Shown here: in pieces, positions 51,676-62,235 of the stretch
Position numbering within the stretch: the stretch's first letter is position 1
Layout of the letters: the number at the start of each line of letters is the position of its first letter
Source of the DNA: Promethearchaeota archaeon
GTDB lineage: Archaea; Asgardarchaeota; Lokiarchaeia; Sigyniarchaeales; SOKP01
Reading direction: 5' to 3'
Length of the DNA stretch: 64,000 bases
NCBI GenBank assembly: GCA_048940925.1
Contig: JBHLOC010000001.1
Coordinates: 128,001-192,000 of the forward strand
Notes under the pieces: model-generated
What the model was told of the DNA's origin: nothing
Databases searched by the model: none
What the model saw: only the letters and a program-made list of their open reading frames with translations
Translations under genes and position numbers: made by a program

Positions 51676-53595
51676 TTATTTCAACTCCTTTAATTTTTCT
51701 TTAATAGTGCTTTCTAGTTCTTTAGAAACAATAGCCCCATCTATTTTTCCTCTGACTTTTTTCATTACTTCTCCCATTAAGGGTCCTTTCGCTCTCATTT
51801 CTTTTTCTTTTATCATTTTAGTGTTTTTATCTACAATCTCAACTATTATATTTTTTAAATTTTCTAAAGAAATAGTCTCAATTTTTAATTTTTTCCTGAT
51901 CTGATTAATTGAGAGTTCTGGAAATTCTGCTTTAAGGCTCATGACTTGCTCAATTGCTTCTTTACTAATTTGCTTTTTTTTTAGTAGAGCAAAAATTTCA
52001 AGAAAATCATTGTCAGTTATGTTTTCTATAACTTTCCCTTCCCTTCTAAGGGCAGTTGTGGTTTCTAATAAAGTTGTAAAAACTAAAGAGGGATTATCAG
52101 GATAAATTTCAATTAAATCATCGAATAACTGGAGTTTTCCTGTAAAAATAAGATCTTTTATCAATCTATCTTCTGTTTTGTATTTTTTAGAATATTGTTT
52201 TATAGTTACCCAAGGATATTCTGGTAAATCTTTCCTTATTTCGTTAATTTCTTCTTCTGAATTAAATATAGCTTCTGTATCCGTATCAGGATATAATCTT
52301 GCACCCCCGTGAAGTTCTCTTAAGAATTCTGTATTTCCAGATTCAAGGGCCCTTCTTGTTTCAGGAGGAACTCCTTTAAATGTAAACTTCACACGATTAA
52401 TAATAACATTCATCACTTTATCCACTTCTTTCTTAGAACCTAAAACTAAAACAAAACAATCGTCTTCTTTAGATTCAAGTTTTTCTCTGATTTTCTTGAT
52501 ATCTTCATTTGAAAGATCGTAATTATTTAAGTTTTCATCAGAGTGAATTATTCCTTTTAATCCAGATAGAACTTTTACTTTACTACTAACTTCCGTTCCA
52601 AATCTATAATCTTTCATTAATTCTTTTCCAAAAATACCCTTAAATCCACTAAAATTAATTCCAAATAATTTCTTTCCAGATTTAATACCCTTAGATATAA
52701 ATTTAGAATTAGTTTTTGCTAAAACTCCAGATAAGTCTATAAAGTTCTCTTGAACATTATTTTCGTTCAATTTCTTGTTCTCAAGTTCTTCTTTTATTTC
52801 AATGAGTTTTATTTGTCGTGAAATTTCATGATTGATTAAAACGGGAATCCAGCTTAATTTTTGCACACCCTTTATCTCGATTCGCGTTCCTGCTTCAATG
52901 CTTACATTGATATCTTGTCTAATTGACCCAATAACTTTTTTTACTTTTGTTGACCATAATAATAATCCAATTCTTTCTGCGCATTCACGACATTCATAAG
53001 GATCGGTAATATCAGGTTTAGTTGTAACTTCCACTAATGGAATTCCTAAGCGATCTAATCGAAAATAATTTATTTTGTTTTCGGTTTTAATTTTTCGTGC
53101 AGCTTCTTCCTCTAAACTCAATATATCTATTCGGATTTTTTTATCATTTTCTAATATAATGAAACCATCTGTCCCAAGTATCATCGTGCGTTGGAAGCCA
53201 CATGGAACGCTTCCATCTAAGTAATTTTTTCTACAGACATGCATTTCTTCGATAATATTAGCATTAAGGAGCATCGCAATTTGTAGGGCTATTTGTTTGG
53301 CTTCATTACTACAGGAAAAAGGTGGTGTATCATCCAATTCATAAGTACAAACTACATCATTATAGCCTTCATAGGTAATTGCCATTCCTTTCTTGTATTC
53401 AGTAAGCATCGCCTTATCATAAACACCCAGCTCCCCCAAAACAGGACGCATTCTTCGATATATTGTAAAATCTGGAATTCGAGTCCCTTGAAGTTTAGCA
53501 GGACATCTACAGAATAATTTTTTCTCAGTGTCAAACTGTTGGTGAATCTCTAAGCCGCATTTAAGACCCAATTTTTCATAATTAAATTCTTCCAT
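51676..53595 (-). CDS. gatE: Glu-tRNA(Gln) amidotransferase subunit E
   Basis: GLEIHQQ, KLFCRCP, GFQRT, DRLGIPL, IRQDIN, RLYPDTD; start placed at ATG 53595. Confidence 0.96.
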   Translation of the reverse strand: MEEFNYEKLGLKCGLEIHQQFDTEKKLFCRCPAKLQGTRIPDFTIYRRMRPVLGELGVYDKAMLTEYKKGMAITYEGYNDVVCTYELDDTPPFSCSNEAKQIALQIAMLLNANIIEEMHVCRKNYLDGSVPCGFQRTMILGTDGFIILENDKKIRIDILSLEEEAARKIKTENKINYFRLDRLGIPLVEVTTKPDITDPYECRECAERIGLLLWSTKVKKVIGSIRQDINVSIEAGTRIEIKGVQKLSWIPVLINHEISRQIKLIEIKEELENKKLNENNVQENFIDLSGVLAKTNSKFISKGIKSGKKLFGINFSGFKGIFGKELMKDYRFGTEVSSKVKVLSGLKGIIHSDENLNNYDLSNEDIKKIREKLESKEDDCFVLVLGSKKEVDKVMNVIINRVKFTFKGVPPETRRALESGNTEFLRELHGGARLYPDTDTEAIFNSEEEINEIRKDLPEYPWVTIKQYSKKYKTEDRLIKDLIFTGKLQLFDDLIEIYPDNPSLVFTTLLETTTALRREGKVIENITDNDFLEIFALLKKKQISKEAIEQVMSLKAEFPELSINQIRKKLKIETISLENLKNIIVEIVDKNTKMIKEKEMRAKGPLMGEVMKKVRGKIDGAIVSKELESTIKEKLKELK

Positions 53596-53947
53596 TTTTA
53601 ATCGAAAATTACTTTTTAACTGATAATCAAATACAATCACTAGTCAAGTAATAAATCTTATAATTATTTTCAAAAAAGTTTTAGGATATGATAAAAAGGT
53701 TATTCTAAAAAGTAATTTCTGTGTTTAGTTTAGTTTACCAATATTTAATTTAATTATTTTAAACAATTTCAGAATTGTTCCTTCAAAGCAGAGGAGATAG
53801 TTATTGTCTGTTGGGTTATTTTCCTTTTTGATTAAGGTCTATTTGATAATATTTTAAATCATTATTTAAAATATTTGTCAAAAATATACATAATATGCTA
53901 TATAAAAAGCTATAATTAAGATTAATTCTTTTAAATATGAGTAAATC

Positions 53948-55613
53948 TCAATGATTTAGAGTTTTAGAGACATATACACCATCTATTTTATATCCCATTT
54001 CATAGAACCAATCTCTTGCTCCAATACCACTTATTACTACTAGTTTTTTTGCTCCAAATTCTTCAAATGAGGTTTTTTCAGCATTTTCCATTAATAATTT
54101 TCCATATCCTCTATGTTGTATTTGAATAAGTCGCTTGGGTTTCAAGTCTTTTGGAACCATTTCTCCAACTACCTTGATTTCCCTTACGATTAATGTTTTT
54201 CCATCATTTATTTCAGGTCTGTGGGCAAATTCAGAAGGCTTTCTTAAGCGTAAATATCCAATTAAATAATTTTCGATTTTATTCTCATAGGATAAGAATA
54301 TTTCTTTTCCCTGAGAAGCATCATAATCAAAACGATATAGTTTTATTTTATCAAAGGATTTCTCATCAATAAGTTCCTCTTTCTTACTAATCCCATATTC
54401 TCTACATCTAATACATTTGCAAGTTTCATCCCAACTTTTTAGTCTCTCTTGGACTAACTGTCTTAAATTGCTATTTTTACAACCTGCTTTGATTAATGTC
54501 GCAGGTATATCTCTCATTATTCTTTGAATTCTCACATAGGATGGAAGGTTTTTTTTAGCCATTGCAATTAATTCAATTAAGTCTTCATCCGAGTATGGTA
54601 AGTAATTTCCATTTTTCCACCAATTATGCAATTCAGTACCATCTATCACGAGAGTAGGATAAATTTTTAACATATCAGGTCGATAATCTGGATTAGAAAA
54701 TAAGCTATCAAATAATTTTAAATCTTTTTGAATAGTTGAACCGGGTAAATTTGGCATTACATGTGCATTGATTTTTAATCCTGCATCTTTAGCAATCCTT
54801 ATCGATTCAATGCTATCAGCAGTTGTATGCCCTCTTTTCACTAGATCATAGATTTCATTATAGACTGTTTGAATACCAATTTCGACTCGCGTTGTTCCAA
54901 AATTTAACATATTATCTACATGTGTCTCTTTACAATAATCTGGTCTTGTCTCAACGGTAATACCTATAACCCTTCTTTTAGATTTTTCTGCTAATAGCTT
55001 AGCTTCTTCCAAACTGCCTGTTTTTTGTTTTATTATTCCCTCTAATGCCCCTTTAACGAAATGTGTTTGATAATCTGGATCAGTTGATAAGAAAGTCCCA
55101 CCCATTATAATAAGTTCAATCTTTTATGGTGGCAAACAATTAAGCGTATACCATGTCCACTTTATGCCCAATGGCTTCTAAATCTTTTATTCGAGATTGA
55201 ACTTGCTTATAAGGATCATAATTGTTATGGATTGATCTCATCGCCGCTGGTTCTCTTCCTGTATATGATTGGGCAACTTTTTCCCCTGGTTGGGAGTTTA
55301 CTCCAGGACAGTATATACATGTTCCGGGACAAGGAAGAGGTTTAGTCATAATTGCTATTACTGAAACTCCTGAAATTGTTCTTGTTGTTCTTCTCTTCAA
55401 AAATTTATTGATAATCTCTTTTTCTTCATTTGTTGCATGGTGTATAATACTGGCATTTTTTATAACTCGATTATAATTATACTTTTTTCCAATTTGTCCT
55501 TTAAGGTTTGTTATTTTTCTGCGAGAAGTTTTAGGATTTTCTAAAAGATACTCAATTATTTCTCTTGCTATTTTCTTTACTATACTTGAGTTTATATTAT
55601 CTGATTGTTCCAT
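53948..55613 (-). CDS. elp3: tRNA U34 acetyltransferase Elp3, two exons (55155..55613 + 53948..55123), 544 aa after splicing
   Basis: Radical-SAM CPGTCIYC and QSYTGREP in exon 1; MGGTF, ETRPD, KIYPT, QHRGYG, ISGIGAR in exon 2; junction restores GHKVD|KIELIIMGGTF. Confidence 0.93.
55124..55154 (-). other. 31-nt BHB-type intron in elp3 mRNA
   Basis: GUGG/CCAU central helix, bulges AC^A and AA^A, inner stem UGGUAUACG/UGUUUGCCA; insert carries a stop and a frameshift. Confidence 0.85.
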
Positions 55614-56395
55614 TCTTAAATTAATTAATTTGATAGAAAGATTTAAATCTTCATGAAAATTATACTTTTCGATTTATCTTTTAATACAAATCTCAAGCAA
55701 TATGATTTCTATTTCAAAATAAAGGAAGAAAAAATAAGATACACTAAAAGATGGTTTCTATATCAGAAAAAGTACAAGTCAAAAAATTTATCTCCTTAAC
55801 ATCTATTATCAAATTTATCAAGCTTTTCAAAATATTCTAAACTCTAATCTAAACCTTTCATTTGCAATAAATTCTTTAAAGATGTATAATTGTTAATCCC
55901 AAATTTTCCTACAATTCTTTTTATTTTTATAATTAAACCTTGTTTATGCCATACTTGATATTTTTGATGCAAATCTGACCCAAATTCTGAATTAAGGATA
56001 TCAATAAAAAACTCCCGAATAGAAGGATCTCTAAATGTGCTTTATCCCTCAGGTTTATCTAAATATTTGAAGATTTCGTTAACATCTCTATCTATAAGAA
56101 AATATTATGCTAACTTGTAGGTAGTTATCTCAAAATATCCTAAAGTTTCTGAAATTAGTCTATTAAGTGTCATATGAGTTTTGATATCATACTTTTTAAA
56201 AAATTTTTGTAAGAAATTTTTTTGTTCTCTTGTATTTTGTTCAAATCATTAAGAATTGTAGATTCTAAATATTAGATTTAAATTTAAAGTTTCGAAAAAA
56301 TATTTTTTTGAAATTGTTTCATAAATATTTAAATATGGAATGTTACATATAGATTATAGTATGAAAAAATTTAACTTTAAGGTGATATATACAAA

Positions 56396-57922
56396 TTGTC
56401 GGGAGGTTTGAAAAACATTATCGCTACAGTTACAACTACAATTGAAGAAAAAGTTAATTTCAGTCAATTGGCAAGTAAATATTCCGAACTATTATATAAT
56501 CCCGAGAAGTTTCCTGGATTGATCATGCAGATAGAAAAACCGAAAGCAACGGTTGTGTTATTTTCCACTGGAAAAATGGTTATAACAGGACTTCAGCAAA
56601 CCTCAGATGTTGAAAAAGTAATGGAAAAAGTAATTGAGTTTTTTAGAGCTGAGGGAATAGAATTAAAAAATCTGGAAATTTCAATGGAAAGAGTAAAGCC
56701 AAAAAGAATAAAAATATGCCTATTAGGGGAAAAAGGTGTTGGAAAATCTACTTTAATGGACACAGTATTAAAATCTTCAGAGAAAGTTACAACTAAAAAA
56801 CAAAAAGATATTATCGGAGTAGATTTTTTTAATGTAAAAGTTAGAGATATTGATGGTAAGGACGTTATTCTACAATTATGGAATATAATTGACGAAGAAC
56901 GTTTTAAACAAATTCAGCAAAATTATTATGTGGGCGCTGATGGAGGGATTATATTCTATGATATCACAAATAAATCCAGTTTTGAAAATCTTGATAATTA
57001 TGTTTCAGCATTTAGAAAATCAAAAAGAAATCGAAACATCCCTATTATTTTGGTTGGAAATAAATTCGATCTTCGAGAAAATAGAGAAGTCTCGCAAACT
57101 GAAGCTTCCAAGGTAGTGGTTACTCGTAAAATGGTAGGTTATCTTGAATTTTCTGCGCTAGATAGTCAAAATGTAATTAAATTATTTGAATCAATTTGCC
57201 GAATTATAATACGGAAAAAAAACTTAATCTCTATTTCTGAAGCTTTGGAAAATGATCTTAATTTAAGAATTTTGATGAATTTACAAATATTTAAAGAATT
57301 AAGTTTGGTAGAGATCTCGAAAAGAGTTGTTAAAAGTAAAGCCACTATTTCTCGTCATACTCGAAATTTAATTAAGCTAGGTCTAATTGAATCTCATGTT
57401 AAAGAGATAGAACCGCAAACAGGTACGATTAAGCGAAAATATTATACATTAAGTAAAGATTTGAGCTATCATATAGAAAAAAGAGATTTTAATTTTTCTC
57501 AATTGAAATCAAGAATAAAATGGAAGATATTTTCAGAGTTTTATCTAAAAAAACTATATAATTTCAAAACAGTTAATCTCTTATCAAAAAGATTAAATAA
57601 TATGCTAGAAGATTTTAATAATCATATTTTTGGTGGTTTTCCGGCACTCATAAAGCAATATGGAAAATATATTGAAAATTTACCTATAAATTTTCAATTT
57701 TTAAATGAAAAGCAAAATCAAAAAGTTCAGTCTCTATTACTAAAATTTGATTCAAAATTAAGAGATATATTAGCAGATGATGATGGTTCAGAGAAGTCTT
57801 ATTTATTTTTGAATATGACGCTTCCAACAGTGGATTTAATAAATCTCTTTGAAAAACCTGAACTGTTTAACCATATAATTCTAAATCGAGAGATTAAAAA
57901 AGAGAAAAAAGGTTTTGAATAA
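56396..57922 (+). CDS. Fusion protein: single TBP-like repeat + Rab-like small GTPase + ArsR-type winged HTH + C-terminal domain
   Basis: NIIAT...YNPEKFPGLI...LFSTGKMVITG; GEKGVGKS, IGVDF, NKFD, EFSA; LSLVEISKRVVKSKATISRHTRNLIKLGLI. Confidence 0.85.
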   Translation: MSGGLKNIIATVTTTIEEKVNFSQLASKYSELLYNPEKFPGLIMQIEKPKATVVLFSTGKMVITGLQQTSDVEKVMEKVIEFFRAEGIELKNLEISMERVKPKRIKICLLGEKGVGKSTLMDTVLKSSEKVTTKKQKDIIGVDFFNVKVRDIDGKDVILQLWNIIDEERFKQIQQNYYVGADGGIIFYDITNKSSFENLDNYVSAFRKSKRNRNIPIILVGNKFDLRENREVSQTEASKVVVTRKMVGYLEFSALDSQNVIKLFESICRIIIRKKNLISISEALENDLNLRILMNLQIFKELSLVEISKRVVKSKATISRHTRNLIKLGLIESHVKEIEPQTGTIKRKYYTLSKDLSYHIEKRDFNFSQLKSRIKWKIFSEFYLKKLYNFKTVNLLSKRLNNMLEDFNNHIFGGFPALIKQYGKYIENLPINFQFLNEKQNQKVQSLLLKFDSKLRDILADDDGSEKSYLFLNMTLPTVDLINLFEKPELFNHIILNREIKKEKKGFE

Positions 57923-58122
57923 TAATTATAAAGTAATTTTCTTTCTTGCAAAATCTCTTTTATATTTGCCAAATTTCTCTTTACTCAATTATAACTATTT
58001 TACCCCGAAAAGGTTCTTTAAAAATTACCAAAATTTTGAATTTTTTTGTGAAATTTTAAAAGTGCATTTAATAATGAGTTGGGGTGATCTCCAGTGTTGC
58101 ATAATATTATAAAAAACTCAAG

Positions 58123-58467
58123 ATGATTTCAGACTATATAAATAATTATTTAGAAGCGACAGAGAGTCATCTCTTGACATCTGTAGCTATGGGAGAAATA
58201 CCAATGATAGAGATAATTAATGTACTTATGGAAGCACTCGAGAAGAACTTGATACACTATCAGTTTATATCTGAGGACCAATACAAGAAGGTTAAGGCAT
58301 TAAGCCTTGAGTCTCATTCTAAATTAGCTGAGATTCTAAAAAAGGATGAAAATCCTGTGAAGCCTTATTTATTCTTTGATATCTTGCTTAAAATGCTAGG
58401 TGTTGTTAAGATTGGTAATAAAACAAGCGAAGCTATATTAGGGCTTCGACAGACAATAAAGACTTAA
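58123..58467 (+). pseudogene. Stand-alone or remnant copy of the C-terminal domain of the upstream fusion protein
   Basis: IHYQFISEDQYKKV...SKLAEIL..DE...KPYLF aligns with INFQFLNEKQNQKV...SKLRDIL..DD...KSYLF. Confidence 0.55.
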
Positions 58468-58470
58468 AAA

Positions 58471-59316
58471 TTACTCTAATAATATCTTCTTACCAGTAAA
58501 ATCTCTTTTATACTTCCCAAAATCTTGAATTTTTTTGAGAGTTTCCGAATTAAAAATTGGTCCATCTTTACAAACCAGTAAACCTAATGGATCTAGAACG
58601 CATAATCCGCATAATCCGCACCCACACCTCATTATCCTTTCTAGACTTGCATAGAACTCAAGGTGATATTCTTGACATAACTGAAATAATTCAAACAACA
58701 TAATTTCTGGACCACAAGAATAGACAATACTATTAGACTGGTCTTTTTTATTAAATTTTCCAATTATCTCTTTAAAGACATCAGGAATTAATCCCTCTGT
58801 TCCATAACTTCCGTTGTCAGTACAATAATATACTTCAGTTTTAATTTTTTTAAAATAGTCAATATAAATTAATTCATTATCTATCTTAGCACCTTCAATT
58901 ACATAGTGTTTTATTTTATTTTCTGAAAGTTCTTTTGATAAGAATTTTAGAGGAGCCATACCTATCCCTCCACCAACTAAGAAAATATTTTTAGAACTAT
59001 CCGTTGGAATTTTAAAATGATTACCTACAGGCCCCCTTACTCCAATAAAATCTCCAATCTTTAAGTTATACATAGCATTTGTACATTCTCCAACGTTTTT
59101 TATTGTAATTGACCAATTTCCATCATTATCGCATCCAGAGAGGGACATTGGAACTTCATCTATGCCGGGTACCCATACCAAAACAAATTGGCCTGGTTTA
59201 GGAATAATGGAATTTTTATTTTTACTTGATTTCATGTTAAAAACAAGCGTTTTAATATCTTTACATTCATCAATAATATTCTTTATTTTCACTGTTTTAA
59301 TTGTATTTTCAGTCAA
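58471..59316 (-). CDS. pyrK: Dihydroorotate dehydrogenase electron transfer subunit
   Basis: PGQF, RGPVG, GGGIG, CGP, MRCGCGLCGLC, CKDGP. Confidence 0.94.
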   Translation of the reverse strand: MTENTIKTVKIKNIIDECKDIKTLVFNMKSSKNKNSIIPKPGQFVLVWVPGIDEVPMSLSGCDNDGNWSITIKNVGECTNAMYNLKIGDFIGVRGPVGNHFKIPTDSSKNIFLVGGGIGMAPLKFLSKELSENKIKHYVIEGAKIDNELIYIDYFKKIKTEVYYCTDNGSYGTEGLIPDVFKEIIGKFNKKDQSNSIVYSCGPEIMLFELFQLCQEYHLEFYASLERIMRCGCGLCGLCVLDPLGLLVCKDGPIFNSETLKKIQDFGKYKRDFTGKKILLE

Positions 59317-60235
59317 AATCGGGTACCTCCTGAGTTGTAAACTGATGAGAAAATCCTTTTAATTCATTAATAGATTTAAATTTATTTTCTTTTAGATATT
59401 GAGTTATTCCATGATTTATTTCAGTTATAATTTCGGTTGTTTTATATAATGCTGTACCGATTTGCACTGCTGAAGCCCCAGCTAAAAAGAATTCTATTAC
59501 GTCTTGCCATGAATCTATTCCTCCACATCCTATAATTGGGATTTTTAAAACTTTATATAGATCATATACTTTCTTTATAGCTATAGGATGAATAGCTTTT
59601 CCAGAAAGCCCACCACTTCCATGAGATAAAATGGGTCTTTTAGTATTTACATCTATTATCATTGCTGATAAAGTATTTATAGCAACCAGTCCATCAGCGC
59701 CACCTTTCTCAGCTGCTAAGGCGATTTCTACTATATTTGTTACATTGGGATTCAATTTTACAAAAAGTGGGATTAATAATTTTTTTTTTAGAAATTTAAT
59801 GATTTCATAAGTTAATTCTTTATCAATGCCTATAGAAGATACTTCGGCATGTGGACATGAGATATTTATTTCAATTGCATCAGCACCGGCTTTTTCAGCT
59901 TTAATTGCCACATCAAGATATGTCTCATTTGTATCTCCAAAAACACTTACGATTAGAGGAATGTTATTTTTTTTCACTTCTTTTATTTCTGGTATAAAAT
60001 TATCAATACCAGGATTGCCTAGACCTACTGCGTTCAAGAAAGAGCCAGAATAAATTTCAATTATTGATGGATTTTTGTATCCTTTTCGTGGTTTTGGTCC
60101 AATAGATTTTGTAGTTACAGCACCGGCTCCAGCATCGATAACCCTTTTCATCGAAGAGTAAGAAACTCCTAAGATACCAGATGCTAATATAATTGGGGAT
60201 TTTAATTTTAACCCTGAAAGATTAATTTCTAGCAT
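59309..60235 (-). CDS. pyrD: Dihydroorotate dehydrogenase B catalytic subunit
   Basis: ASG, TTKS, NISCPH, INT, GGLSG, GASAVQIGT. Confidence 0.96.
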   Translation of the reverse strand: MLEINLSGLKLKSPIILASGILGVSYSSMKRVIDAGAGAVTTKSIGPKPRKGYKNPSIIEIYSGSFLNAVGLGNPGIDNFIPEIKEVKKNNIPLIVSVFGDTNETYLDVAIKAEKAGADAIEINISCPHAEVSSIGIDKELTYEIIKFLKKKLLIPLFVKLNPNVTNIVEIALAAEKGGADGLVAINTLSAMIIDVNTKRPILSHGSGGLSGKAIHPIAIKKVYDLYKVLKIPIIGCGGIDSWQDVIEFFLAGASAVQIGTALYKTTEIITEINHGITQYLKENKFKSINELKGFSHQFTTQEVPDFD

Positions 60236-60313
60236 TTTTTAAAAGAAAATAATGATTATGATCTTATAAATCATTTTTAATAGAGTTATAATAATTTAGA
60301 ACAGTTCAAAAAA

Positions 60314-61519
60314 ATGAAGTGCTACATCATTGATACTTTGGTCGGTGTATTTGCTCTTGATGAGATAGGAAATACTATAAATTTTATTGATTTTAATAGA
60401 GATAATGAAAGAGTTATAGAATTTTATACAACTTTAGATACAGAACAAATTTTAAATGAATTTAAAGAATTTATTTCAGATTTGAAAAATTCTGGTTTTA
60501 ATATATTTATTTTTGATAATAAGAAAATGGAAAGATTAACTTCTCAGAAGTTAGAAGTATCTACTAAATTAAATTTAACTTCATTGGAATTTAAAAATTA
60601 TAGATTAAATCTAATTGAACAGCTTAAAAAAGTTGGAATAAGTGTATCAAAAGACGAACTCTTGAGTAGATATAAGAAAATTAATGAAGAGTTAATTAAA
60701 AAGAAGGTAAGTGAAGTTGGGGGGCAAAAAGACATAATTATTATTCAAACTAATGAAACATTAGACATTATTAAGAAATCTCTTAGTTTATTCATAGCAC
60801 GACTTAGAGAATGGTATGGATTACATTTCCCAGAATTAACTGATAAAGTTATTGATGATAATATTCTAATCACAAAATTAATCTCAAGTTTAGGGCATAG
60901 AGATAATTATACTATCGATAATCTTAAACAAAACTTTGATTTTAAAGAAAAAAGAATTCAGAATTTACATAGCCAAGCAATTAATTCGATGGGTGCTGAA
61001 ATTGATCTTGAGATTGTCAAGGCTTATGCAAATCAGATACTATCCTTAAATTCTTATATTGAGGAATTAGAGAGTTATTTAGAGGATTTGATGGAAAAAA
61101 CAGCACCTAATCTTAGAGCTATTGTCGGTTCTTTAATAGGAGCTAAACTAATTTCAAAAGCTGGTGGATTAAAAAAGTTAGCTTACATGCCAGCTTCAAG
61201 AATCCAATTATTAGGTGCTGAAAAAGCATTATATCGTTTTTTGAGAACTGGTGAAAAAAGACCTAAGCATGGATTAATATTTCAATGGAATCAAATTAGA
61301 TCAGCTAAACCTTATCACAGGGGAAAAATAGCCCGAATTGTCGCAGGTAAGTTAGGACTTTCTGCTAAAGTTGATTTTTTTTCAGGAGAATTTATTGGGG
61401 ATAGATTGTCACGAGAAATTGAAGAAAAAATAAAGGAAGTTGAAGAAAAATATCCAAATCCTCCCAAAAAGGTAGATAAAGTGAAAAATAAGAAAAAAAG
61501 ATCAAAAAAAAGAAAGTGA
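60314..61519 (+). CDS. nop5: C/D box RNP protein Nop5 (Nop56/58)
   Basis: REWYGLHFPEL, APNL, IQLLGAEKAL, PKHG. Confidence 0.96.
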   Translation: MKCYIIDTLVGVFALDEIGNTINFIDFNRDNERVIEFYTTLDTEQILNEFKEFISDLKNSGFNIFIFDNKKMERLTSQKLEVSTKLNLTSLEFKNYRLNLIEQLKKVGISVSKDELLSRYKKINEELIKKKVSEVGGQKDIIIIQTNETLDIIKKSLSLFIARLREWYGLHFPELTDKVIDDNILITKLISSLGHRDNYTIDNLKQNFDFKEKRIQNLHSQAINSMGAEIDLEIVKAYANQILSLNSYIEELESYLEDLMEKTAPNLRAIVGSLIGAKLISKAGGLKKLAYMPASRIQLLGAEKALYRFLRTGEKRPKHGLIFQWNQIRSAKPYHRGKIARIVAGKLGLSAKVDFFSGEFIGDRLSREIEEKIKEVEEKYPNPPKKVDKVKNKKKRSKKRK

Positions 61520-61536
61520 GGTAAATAAATAGAAAA

Positions 61537-62235
61537 ATGACAAAAACTGAGATTAGAAATCATCCAAAATTTTCTAATGTTTTTATATCCGGCCCTCGAG
61601 AAAAATTAACACTGTATACTAAAAACCTAGATCAAGGTTTTAAGGTTTATGGTGAGAAATTAATAGAATATAAAGGAGAGGAATATAGAGAATGGGATCC
61701 ATTTAGGAGTAAACTAGCAGCTCTAATCTTAGAAAACCCTACTAGAAATTTCTTATCTATTGATTTTAATTGTTTGTATTTGGGTGCATCATCAGGGACA
61801 ACAATCTCCCACCTTTCAGATATCATACCCACAGGAATTATATATGGTGTTGAATTTTCTGAAAGAAGCATCAGACAATTAATTCAGAACACATCAAATA
61901 GAAAGAATATTATTCCAATATTAGGAGATGCTAGAAATCCTGAAAGTTATGCAAAATCAATTTTTACTAAAGTTGATTTAATTTACCAAGATGTTGCTCA
62001 ACCTAATCAAACCGAGATAGCAATTCGTAATTGTAATTATTATTTAAAAGATGGTGGAATATTAATTCTTGCTATAAAATCCCAATCTATAGATAGTATT
62101 CAAAAATCTGAACTTGTTTATGCTAAAGAACAATCTACTCTCAAAAAAGCAGATTATAATCTCATAGAAAGTGTAAATATACATAAATTTGCCGCTAATC
62201 ATATTATATTGATTGCAGAAAAAACATTCACTTAA
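61537..62235 (+). CDS. flpA: Fibrillarin-like rRNA/tRNA 2'-O-methyltransferase
   Basis: VYGE, WDPFRSKLAA, LYLGASSGTT, QDVAQP. Confidence 0.96.
   Translation: MTKTEIRNHPKFSNVFISGPREKLTLYTKNLDQGFKVYGEKLIEYKGEEYREWDPFRSKLAALILENPTRNFLSIDFNCLYLGASSGTTISHLSDIIPTGIIYGVEFSERSIRQLIQNTSNRKNIIPILGDARNPESYAKSIFTKVDLIYQDVAQPNQTEIAIRNCNYYLKDGGILILAIKSQSIDSIQKSELVYAKEQSTLKKADYNLIESVNIHKFAANHIILIAEKTFT

Noticed and set aside
53770-53810. Stem-loop with AAAGCA loop between gatE and elp3, considered as a SECIS
   Set aside because: No AUGA/GA core and no in-frame UGA selenoprotein candidate on that strand nearby
55105-55154. elp3 as a frameshifted pseudogene or programmed frameshift
   Set aside because: A simple slip would leave about 10 extra residues in a conserved motif; structure-predicted removal of 31 nt restores it exactly
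55650-56200. Possible decayed gene in the long spacer between elp3 and the fusion gene
   Set aside because: Only short broken frames; no recognisable motif
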